Shown in pieces: positions 37,792 to 45,445 of a stretch of 64,000 bases of DNA. Both the position numbers and the translations under genes were made by a program. How positions within the stretch are numbered: position 1 is the first letter of the stretch; each line of letters starts with the position of its first letter. A model generated the notes under the pieces. That model was given only the letters and a program-made list of their open reading frames with translations. It did no database searches and had not been told where the DNA came from. Source of the DNA: an uncultured archaeon (GTDB lineage Archaea > Thermoproteota > Nitrososphaeria_A > Caldarchaeales > Calditenuaceae); contig CALIKS010000035.1 of assembly GCA_938017985.1 (NCBI GenBank), positions 7,146 through 71,145 of the forward strand, written 5' to 3'.

Positions 37792-38925
37792 ATGTATTCG
37801 CAAAATTCTAAATGCAAAATATGCGGTACATCTGTACTGGTAAGTAAAAGTATTGGCGTTTGTATAGAGTGTTTCAGAAAAAATAGGAGTGAAGAAATAC
37901 TCGAAGAGGCGTTAAGGACGCATAAAAAATTTAGGAAGATGTATGGACTTCCAGCTACTCCCCCGAGAAGCAAAAATGGAATATTATGCAAGATCTGCTC
38001 AAACAACTGTTCCATGGGTGAAGGAGAAGCTGGATATTGCGGGCTTAGGAGAAACGTAGGTGGAAAGCTCGAATCGAAAATAGATAATGAGACTGCATTG
38101 CTACATTATTACTTAGACCCACATGTTACTAATTGTTGTGCTGCTTGGTTCTGCCCAGCGGGAACAGGTAAATGGTATCCCAAATATTCTGTACGTGAGG
38201 GGCCTGAGCATGGATACTATAACCTCGCAATCTTCTTCTATGGATGTAATTTTGACTGTCTATTCTGCCAGAACTATAGTCACAAGGAGCTAAAGAATGC
38301 TGAAAATATAAAGTATTCTGAACTTGTTGACATTACAATTAAGAATTCTTCGATAACGTGTTGGTGCTTCTTCGGTGGCTCTCCTGAGCCACAGCTACCA
38401 TTTGCAATTAAAGCAGCCAATAGCGTACTTCAGGCAAAACGTCCGGAGAGGATTCTCAGAATCTGTTTCGAGTGGAACGGTTGCGGTAATCCACACCTAG
38501 TAATGAGGGCTGCTGAGCTCGCCTATCAGTCTGGAGGAAACATAAAATTTGACCTAAAATGCTGGGACGAGGACCTAAGCATCGCATTAAGCGGAGTATC
38601 CAATAAACAGGCATTTAAAAATTTTGAAAAGATTGCAAAGAGGTTTCCAATAGAAAAGGATCATCCACCCACGATTTGTGCGACTACGCTCTTAGTTCCT
38701 GGCTACGTAGATGAGGTGGAGGTAAGCGCTATCGCTGACTTTATCGCATCTATTGATCCAGAGATACCATACAGCCTACTAGTCTTTCATCCAGAGTTCG
38801 CGATGTATGACTTGCCAGTCACTCCCTTAAAGCAAGCTCGTGAGTGCTATATGGCTGCGAAAAAGCGGCTAAAAAATGTGTGGCTAGGCAATATTCATCT
38901 ATTATCCTCAGATTTTCTATACTAA
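37792..38925 (+). CDS. Radical SAM protein, PflA/AmmeMemoRadiSam-activase-like, with N-terminal Cys-rich region
   Basis: GCNFDCLFCQN (CxxxCxxC). Upstream are CKICGTS...CIECF and CKICSNNCSMGEGEAGYCGLRRN, which resemble the activase-type N-terminus. Confidence 0.7.
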   Translation: MYSQNSKCKICGTSVLVSKSIGVCIECFRKNRSEEILEEALRTHKKFRKMYGLPATPPRSKNGILCKICSNNCSMGEGEAGYCGLRRNVGGKLESKIDNETALLHYYLDPHVTNCCAAWFCPAGTGKWYPKYSVREGPEHGYYNLAIFFYGCNFDCLFCQNYSHKELKNAENIKYSELVDITIKNSSITCWCFFGGSPEPQLPFAIKAANSVLQAKRPERILRICFEWNGCGNPHLVMRAAELAYQSGGNIKFDLKCWDEDLSIALSGVSNKQAFKNFEKIAKRFPIEKDHPPTICATTLLVPGYVDEVEVSAIADFIASIDPEIPYSLLVFHPEFAMYDLPVTPLKQARECYMAAKKRLKNVWLGNIHLLSSDFLY

Positions 38926-39033
38926 ACCTCTTATCCTATGTGCCATAATCATTAAAGACTCTCAAGTCATGGCTAGATAAGAAACGTTAACATATAACTT
39001 GCCCCGTCCTATATTGAATGAAGGAATAGAGGC

Positions 39034-40362
39034 TTGGTAAGTCTCGGAGAAGCATTGAGGAGCGCGATATCAAAATTCATGGGCGCTCCTACAGCTGATA
39101 GGCAGGCCATAGAGGAGCTGATTAGAGGTATTCAGAGAGCCCTATTGCTCTCGGATGTCAACGTTGAGCTTGTCAAAAAGATCTCCGACTCGGTTAAGAA
39201 GAGAGCGGAGGAGGCTAAACCGCCACCTGGAATATCGAGAAAAGACCAAATTGTGAAGATAGTCTATGAAGAACTAATAGGGCTGCTTGGTGGGACTGCA
39301 AAGAAATTCGAATTAAGGAAGAAGCCATATGTCTTAATGGTCGTCGGAATCCAAGGCTCTGGAAAAACCACTACCATCGCTAAGATTGCTTATTACTTAT
39401 TCCGTAATGGTTATAGGCCTGGAGTTGTATGCGCGGATACGTATAGGCCCGCTGCTTATGAACAGCTTGTCCAATTAATTGGGAATACCGGCATACCTAT
39501 CTATGGCGAGCCAAACAGTGGAGATGCGGTCTCGATTACGCTGAGGGGAGTTGAAGAAATAAAAAAGAAGGGATGCGACATAGTCATCATCGACACGGCG
39601 GGCAGGCACAGAGACCAAGAATCACTCATGAAAGAGATGGCCGAGCTACAAGAAAAAATTAGACCAGACGAGGTAGCCCTTGTGATAGATGGAACAATTG
39701 GACAGCAGGCAAAAACTCAGGCTGAGGCTTTCAATAAGACTGCAAAGATTGGATGGATAATAATAACAAAGATGGATACCTCGGCAAGGGGTGGAGGCGC
39801 CCTTTCAGCCGTAGTAGCTACTGGCGCACCTATCTATTTTATCGGCACTGGCGAAAAATTAGGAGACATAGAGCCGTTTGACCCGAAACGATACATTGCT
39901 CGACTTCTCGGAATTCCTGACATTGAGGGACTGATTGAAAGAGTAAGAATGGCCGAGATAAGCGTCACAGAGGAAGAGGCGGAAAAAATACTCTCCGGAA
40001 AATTCACGTTGATGGATATGGTAAAACAGATTAGAGAGCTGAGAAAGACGGGGCCGTTGGGAAAACTAGTCAAGATGTTACCCATACCTGGATTAGGCAA
40101 TCTTCCAGACGAGGAGCTGAACAAGATGGAGGAGCAGGCGAAAAAATGGGAGGCAGCCGTATACTCCATGACTCCAGAAGAGAGAGAAGACCCGGGCATA
40201 ATTGACTCCTCAAGAGCTAGGAGAATTGCTAGAGGCGCCGGAATAGCTGAGAAAGATGTTAAACAACTCGTGAAGCAGTACCAAGAGGCTAGAAAAATGA
40301 TGAGAAGCATCAAGAGGGCCCAGCATAGAGTCCCGAAAGAGCTATTCATGAAGAAGAGGTGA
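39034..40362 (+). CDS. srp54: Signal recognition particle protein SRP54
   Basis: N/G domains ([19 protein letters not shown]) and a Met-rich M domain. TTG start. Confidence 0.93.
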   Translation: MVSLGEALRSAISKFMGAPTADRQAIEELIRGIQRALLLSDVNVELVKKISDSVKKRAEEAKPPPGISRKDQIVKIVYEELIGLLGGTAKKFELRKKPYVLMVVGIQGSGKTTTIAKIAYYLFRNGYRPGVVCADTYRPAAYEQLVQLIGNTGIPIYGEPNSGDAVSITLRGVEEIKKKGCDIVIIDTAGRHRDQESLMKEMAELQEKIRPDEVALVIDGTIGQQAKTQAEAFNKTAKIGWIIITKMDTSARGGGALSAVVATGAPIYFIGTGEKLGDIEPFDPKRYIARLLGIPDIEGLIERVRMAEISVTEEEAEKILSGKFTLMDMVKQIRELRKTGPLGKLVKMLPIPGLGNLPDEELNKMEEQAKKWEAAVYSMTPEEREDPGIIDSSRARRIARGAGIAEKDVKQLVKQYQEARKMMRSIKRAQHRVPKELFMKKR

Positions 40363-40372
40363 TTCATGGATA

Positions 40373-41716
40373 TTGGAGTCAATTGCTGAGAAGGCATTCA
40401 AGATACTTACTAAATATCCCCTATGTAGCAGGTGTCTAGGAAGACTATTTGCAGGACTCGGCAGTGGAATTGGAAATAAACTGAGGGGAGAGAGTCTAAA
40501 GTCATTGCTAACCATGCAGGCAGACGCATCTATCCGTATGGGAGATAACTCTGCATATGAAATCATTAGGGTCTTGGCTACTAGTGGTTGGGGACCTGCA
40601 TCTCAATTAGCCTCAGCACTAAGAATACCATTTGAAGAAAAAAATTGTCTAATATGCATGAACAAATTCACAGATGAAAATATAGAAATATTAGCTAAGA
40701 AAGTTGCAGAAGCAGCTAAAGAATACGAGTTTAGGTCATTTCTAGTAGGTGCAAAAGTGCCAAGCTATGTAAAAATGCTCGAGGAATATATTTATTCCGA
40801 ATATTCATTACCATTTGCAGAAAGCATTAAGAAAGACATAGATAGAGAGGTAGGGAAAAAATTAGAGGAACTCTTAGGACGCGAAGTCGATTTTAACAAT
40901 CCAGAGATGAGGATTATAGTCGATATATTTACTGGAAACGTGGAGATTAAACCATCGCCATTATTAATAAGGGGCTACTATCTGAAACATGAGGTAGGCA
41001 TACCGCAGACTCCATGGCTATGTAGGAAATGCTGGGGAGCCGGGTGTCCTAAATGCAACTATAAAGGCAGGGATTATGACTATTCAGTTTCAGAATTCAT
41101 CGGGCTACCAGCTGTAAAACTAAGCGGAGCAATTAGTTACGAGTTCCATGCCGCTGGACGAGAGGACTTAGATGCGTATGTAAAGGGTGAGGGCAGACCA
41201 TTCATAGTCGAGTTAAAAGAGCCTAAACGACGCATGATAGATTTTAAGGAATACTCAGACCTAGTCGCTGAATATTCCGGGGGTAAAATCGAGGTTAAGG
41301 AACTCAAATACGCATCTAGGTCAGATGTGCGGTTATTAAAGACATATCTAGAAAAAGCAAAAAAGAAATATCTAGTCATCGTTACATTTGAGTCTAGTAT
41401 TAATGACGAATCTATAAGGAACTTAGAGAACTACTTTACTGATAGGATAATCGACCAGCGGACACCTCTCAGAGTGCTTTCTAGGAGGGCAGACAAGATT
41501 AGGAAAAAACGTATATATAAATTATCCGCTAAAAAAATCGATGATTTTACACTATCGCTGGAAATGCTTACAGATGCCGGCCTGTATGTTAAAGAGCTCA
41601 TACATGGAGACTCGGGAAGAACGCGGCCATCAATTAGTGAATTTTTAGGCATAGCGCCAAAGAATATAAAATTAATCATCCTAGAAGTGGTTGAAGGAAA
41701 AATGCAGCAGTCTTAA
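40373..41716 (+). CDS. pus10: tRNA pseudouridine(54/55) synthase Pus10
   Basis: N-terminal Zn-ribbon/THUMP region (CSRCLGRLFA..., CLICM, CRKCWGAGCPKC) and a C-terminal catalytic domain (GREDLD..., ELIHGD). Confidence 0.88.
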   Translation: MESIAEKAFKILTKYPLCSRCLGRLFAGLGSGIGNKLRGESLKSLLTMQADASIRMGDNSAYEIIRVLATSGWGPASQLASALRIPFEEKNCLICMNKFTDENIEILAKKVAEAAKEYEFRSFLVGAKVPSYVKMLEEYIYSEYSLPFAESIKKDIDREVGKKLEELLGREVDFNNPEMRIIVDIFTGNVEIKPSPLLIRGYYLKHEVGIPQTPWLCRKCWGAGCPKCNYKGRDYDYSVSEFIGLPAVKLSGAISYEFHAAGREDLDAYVKGEGRPFIVELKEPKRRMIDFKEYSDLVAEYSGGKIEVKELKYASRSDVRLLKTYLEKAKKKYLVIVTFESSINDESIRNLENYFTDRIIDQRTPLRVLSRRADKIRKKRIYKLSAKKIDDFTLSLEMLTDAGLYVKELIHGDSGRTRPSISEFLGIAPKNIKLIILEVVEGKMQQS

Positions 41717-41829
41717 ACGTCATCCCTTCAGGTCTAAGAACCCGTAATATATAAGAAAAGCAAGTCCTCAATCAAAACATATATGTGAGCAATATAGCTT
41801 TATTCATAGCTAACTAAGGTGAATAAGAG

Positions 41830-42126
41830 CTGACTCGACATAGTGGTTTCAGGGCTAGGTGTAGAGCTCTACTTACTAGGCATCTTGGAGAAAGAGCTGG
41901 GCCTAGGCCAGAGGTCTACTTACGTGAAATACCAATAGGCAGCAAAGTATCAATCAATATTGACCCGACAACTCATAAAGGCTCACCCCATAGACGTTAT
42001 CACGGAAAAATAGGCGAGATAGTAGAGAAACGTGGACGTGGATATATAGTCGCAGTTACAGTTGGTTCAAAGAAAAAACTACTCTCCCTATTGCCAGAAC
42101 ACTTGGAGTTATTAGTTCAAAGGTGA
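41830..42126 (+). CDS. rpl21e: 50S ribosomal protein L21e (no canonical start; putative CTG initiation)
   Basis: Not in the ORF track. The frame translates (L/M)TRHSGFRARCRALLTRHLGERAGPRPEVYLREIPIGSKVSINIDPTTHKGSPHRRYHGKIGEIVEKRGRGYIVAVTVGSKKKLLSLLPEHLELLVQR*. The L21e hallmarks are present. In-frame TAA at 41824 precludes an upstream start. GGTGA SD at 41818-41822. Confidence 0.8.
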   Translation: MTRHSGFRARCRALLTRHLGERAGPRPEVYLREIPIGSKVSINIDPTTHKGSPHRRYHGKIGEIVEKRGRGYIVAVTVGSKKKLLSLLPEHLELLVQR

Positions 42127-42132
42127 AAAATA

Positions 42133-42501
42133 ATGGTAAAGAAAATTATTTCGTCAACACCAATAAGTATACCCGAGGTTAAAGAATTATTATCCAATAA
42201 GATGCGAGAGCTAACGCCGCTTCAATCAAGAGTCTATAACTATGCGGCAAACTTTTCTAAGATTTCTCCGGAAGCGGCCAAAAAACTAATTCATGAATTG
42301 ACTGAAAAACATGGACTACAGCGAGATGAGGCATGTCAGATAGTAAATATCTGTCCTACGACTATCGAAGAACTCAGAACTATACTTTCAGGATATAAAA
42401 GACTAGTTTCAACCATTTTATTTTCTGATGAAAAATTAAACGACATTCTCCAATTGGTTAAACAATATTTAGCAATGGAGGCAAAATTAGAGGACATTTA
42501 A
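42133..42501 (+). CDS. rpoF: DNA-directed RNA polymerase subunit Rpo4 (RpoF)
   Basis: 122-aa Rpo4/F pattern (ISIPEVKELL...LTPLQSRVYNYA...CQIVNICPTTIEELRTIL) in the conserved L21e-RpoF-DUF655-KsgA order. Confidence 0.85.
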   Translation: MVKKIISSTPISIPEVKELLSNKMRELTPLQSRVYNYAANFSKISPEAAKKLIHELTEKHGLQRDEACQIVNICPTTIEELRTILSGYKRLVSTILFSDEKLNDILQLVKQYLAMEAKLEDI

Positions 42502-42524
42502 TATATAATAAGTGTCGTCGAGCT

Positions 42525-43112
42525 ATGGAACGCGCTAAACAAAAACTATACGAAGATGAGGCATACATACTAGATATTATACAGCAAAGACCGGGGACTA
42601 AACAATCCTATTTCGAGAAAAATATGCAGACAGCTCAAATGCTCGGTTCAGAATACTTTACACTACTTGAAGCCCTAGTAAACCAATCACTAGGACTTAA
42701 ACCAGGAATGAAGACATACATCGGTAAAGACGTCCCGAGAGATATGATAAGAATTGTGAAGAGAATAACCTATAAAGATCTCACAGAGAATGCTAGGTAC
42801 GAGCTTGAAAAAATTATAGACATTATAGTTCATGAAAAAGAATCAAAATTCATTGAGTTTATAAATACGTGTAGTTCTCTTACACCTCGTCTACACGCTC
42901 TTGAAACAATACCAGGAATAGGGAAAAAATTAATGCAAAAAATAATAGAAGAAAGAGAAAGACAACCATTCGTGAATTACGAAGACATTAAAAATAGAGT
43001 AGGAATCCCAGACATAGAGAAGGCCCTAGCGAAGAGAATCTTCATAGAGCTCACAGATCCAAACAATAGGCATTGGCTTTTTGTCAGGTTCCCAACCCAA
43101 GGTTCATACTAA
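42525..43112 (+). CDS. DUF655-family RNA-binding protein (S1/OB plus HhH)
   Basis: EDEAYILDI... and the C-terminal HhH (LETIPGIGKKLMQKIIEER) follow the COG1491 pattern and conserved neighbourhood. Confidence 0.75.
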   Translation: MERAKQKLYEDEAYILDIIQQRPGTKQSYFEKNMQTAQMLGSEYFTLLEALVNQSLGLKPGMKTYIGKDVPRDMIRIVKRITYKDLTENARYELEKIIDIIVHEKESKFIEFINTCSSLTPRLHALETIPGIGKKLMQKIIEERERQPFVNYEDIKNRVGIPDIEKALAKRIFIELTDPNNRHWLFVRFPTQGSY

Positions 43113-43879
43113 TGAGGTACATGACAAAGTTAGGTAAACACTTCATGAAAGATGAAACAATCCTTAACAAATTAGTTGAATTAGGAGAAATCAAGCCGCA
43201 AGACATCATACTAGAGCCAGGATGCGGCGACGGTAAATTAACCGAAAAACTAGCAAAATTTGGCTGCACGGTCATTGCAATCGATATTGATAAAGAATTA
43301 ATACTTAAAGCGTCAAAAAAATTATCAAGTTGTAGTAATGTTAAATTTTTAACCGGCGACCTTCTCAAGATCAAACCTACAGGTTTTAATAAAGTAATAG
43401 GAAATCCTCCATACTATTTATCCTCACGTCTAATACAGTGGCTAATCACGGGTCCGATGCCAGAATTAATTATCCTAACGCTTCAACGAGAGTTCGCCGA
43501 GAAACTTTGCGCAACGCCAGGTGAAGATAATTACGTTTACATAACAGTACTTTCACAGCTTTTTTACGATATTAAAATTGATGGAATAGTACCTAGCCGG
43601 GCCTTCTACCCACCGCCAAGGGTATCTTCCAGAATAGTAATTATGAGAAGATATTCGTCAATACAAAAAGAGTTACTTAATCATATATGGATACTCCGCA
43701 CACTCTTCACAAAGAAAAGACATTTATTATCAAGAGAACTTAAAAAAATAGGAATAGACACACCGACGCATTTATTAGGCAAGAGAATTTATGAAATTGC
43801 TGTTAAAGACTATTATGATCTGCTACACAGCCTTACACCTAAATATTTAGACAATACTTATATTGCGCATAAAAGTTAG
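43112..43879 (+). CDS. ksgA: 16S rRNA (adenine-N6,N6)-dimethyltransferase KsgA/Dim1
   Basis: LEPGCGDGKLT (SAM) and IGNPPYYLSS. The ATG at 43112 overlaps the upstream TAA (TAATG). The track start at 43073 is unlikely. Confidence 0.88.
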   Translation: MRYMTKLGKHFMKDETILNKLVELGEIKPQDIILEPGCGDGKLTEKLAKFGCTVIAIDIDKELILKASKKLSSCSNVKFLTGDLLKIKPTGFNKVIGNPPYYLSSRLIQWLITGPMPELIILTLQREFAEKLCATPGEDNYVYITVLSQLFYDIKIDGIVPSRAFYPPPRVSSRIVIMRRYSSIQKELLNHIWILRTLFTKKRHLLSRELKKIGIDTPTHLLGKRIYEIAVKDYYDLLHSLTPKYLDNTYIAHKS

Positions 43880-43890
43880 CTAGACAAGAA

Positions 43891-44430
43891 ATGCATGCAA
43901 AAAACTACAGAAAAATAGAGAGGCCATATACACGACAAGAATTCATTCATGGAGCTCCACAGCCAAGACTTGCAAAATATGACTATGGGACTTGGAGAGA
44001 TAGCTATGAATATGAGCTCTCATTGATAGCCGAGACGGATTGCCAAATAAGGGACATAGCCCTAGAATCTGCCAGAGTAACTGCTGGTAAGATGCTTACC
44101 GAAAAATTAGGTGAAAACTTCTACCTCACCATAAAAGTTCACCCACATCATGTCCTCAGGGAAAACAAAATGATCTTTGGAGCCCATGCAGACAGACTCC
44201 AAGAAGGAATGAGCAGGGCGTTTGGCAGACCCATTGGAAGAGCCGCACAAGTCGAGGCTGGAACAAAAGTAATAACTGTAATGGTATTAAGAGACGGTAT
44301 TGAGGCCGCGCGTGAGGCTTTGAAGACTGCTGCAAAGAAATTACCGAAGGGCTATAGAATTGAGGTTATGCCCTTAAAAAAAGAATTAATCAGTAGCAGT
44401 GAAGTAGCAGGTAATTCGTCAGCAGCCTAA
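43891..44430 (+). CDS. rpl10e: 50S ribosomal protein L10e (uL16)
   Basis: RPYTRQEFIHGAPQPRLAKYDYG... is the typical L10e N-terminus. 179 aa. Confidence 0.9.
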   Translation: MHAKNYRKIERPYTRQEFIHGAPQPRLAKYDYGTWRDSYEYELSLIAETDCQIRDIALESARVTAGKMLTEKLGENFYLTIKVHPHHVLRENKMIFGAHADRLQEGMSRAFGRPIGRAAQVEAGTKVITVMVLRDGIEAAREALKTAAKKLPKGYRIEVMPLKKELISSSEVAGNSSAA

Positions 44431-45336
44431 CAATTTACATAATAAAGCAGCTGAAGTATGCATCCTATTCTCTGCCTGATTAATGATTATTGAAGATGGT
44501 CCGTCTGCTACTCTTTCCTCGACCTCTTCTCCCCTCTTCATAGGCATGCAATGCATAAACTTTACATCTGGTTTCGCTAGCCGCATCAGTGTTTCCGTTA
44601 CTTGGTACCGGGGAATAAAGACCTTAAGCTTTATTTCTCTCTCTAATTCTTGTCCCATCGATACAAAAACATCTGTATAGATGAAGTCAGCATCTCTTAC
44701 TGCTACTTCCGGATCATTTGTAAATTCTACTTTTGCCCCAGATAGTTTAGCCCATGAAAATGCCTGAGCCTTAATAGTCTCATCTACTTCATAGCCTCTA
44801 GGCGATGCTACCGAGATATCGACTCCGACTAATGCGCATATCTGTACAAGCGAGTTGCAGACGTTATTGCCGTCTCCTATGTATGCCACCTTTAAACGTT
44901 CTTTATCTCCGCCGTACTCCATCATGGTCATCAGGTCTGCGAGGGCTTGGCATGGATGATGTTTATCAGTAAGTGCATTGATGACAGGTACTGAACTATG
45001 ATTAGCCAATTCCACAATTGTCGAGTGACTAACTACTCTTGCAACTATTGCGTCGACGTATCTGGATAGTACTCTTGCGGTGTCTTTTATTGGTTCTCCT
45101 CTTGAAAGTTGTAGTTCGGTTGATGGTAGGAAGATTGTTTCTCCGCCGAGTTTGTAGATGGCTGAGGTGAATGAGACTCTTGTTCTTGTTGATGGTTTCT
45201 CGAATATTAGTGCTATTATTTTTCCTTTTAGTGCGTTGCTTGGGTAACTGTCTCTCTTGAATTTGAGTGCCAACTTGATGATCTCTAGGACTTCTTCCTT
45301 CTTCATGTTTGAGAATTCTATGAAGTTTTTTTCCAT
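44419..45336 (-). CDS. argF: Ornithine carbamoyltransferase
   Basis: STRTRVSF, HPCQALADL and HCMP motifs. 305 aa. Codon style switches abruptly near 45,060. Confidence 0.9.
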   Translation of the reverse strand: MEKNFIEFSNMKKEEVLEIIKLALKFKRDSYPSNALKGKIIALIFEKPSTRTRVSFTSAIYKLGGETIFLPSTELQLSRGEPIKDTARVLSRYVDAIVARVVSHSTIVELANHSSVPVINALTDKHHPCQALADLMTMMEYGGDKERLKVAYIGDGNNVCNSLVQICALVGVDISVASPRGYEVDETIKAQAFSWAKLSGAKVEFTNDPEVAVRDADFIYTDVFVSMGQELEREIKLKVFIPRYQVTETLMRLAKPDVKFMHCMPMKRGEEVEERVADGPSSIIINQAENRMHTSAALLCKLLGC

Positions 45337-45445
45337 GATTATCGTTTTACTGTCATTTATTGGTCGTATTTATTTCTTAGTCCTTCGATTTGGCTATGCT
45401 GTAAACCTTTACATTTGACTATGTTATCTGTGTTTGGTATCCGTC

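Noticed and set aside
33859-38925. Integrated element at the tRNA-Ile gene
   Set aside because: There is no integrase, no repeat of the tRNA 3' end that I could spot, and no viral or plasmid genes. The genes are metabolic. Only the local composition patch is odd, and it is reported separately.
39834-40566. Minus-strand ORFs of 187 aa and 74 aa
   Set aside because: They are antisense to SRP54 and the Pus10 5' end, and show Ser-rich low complexity.
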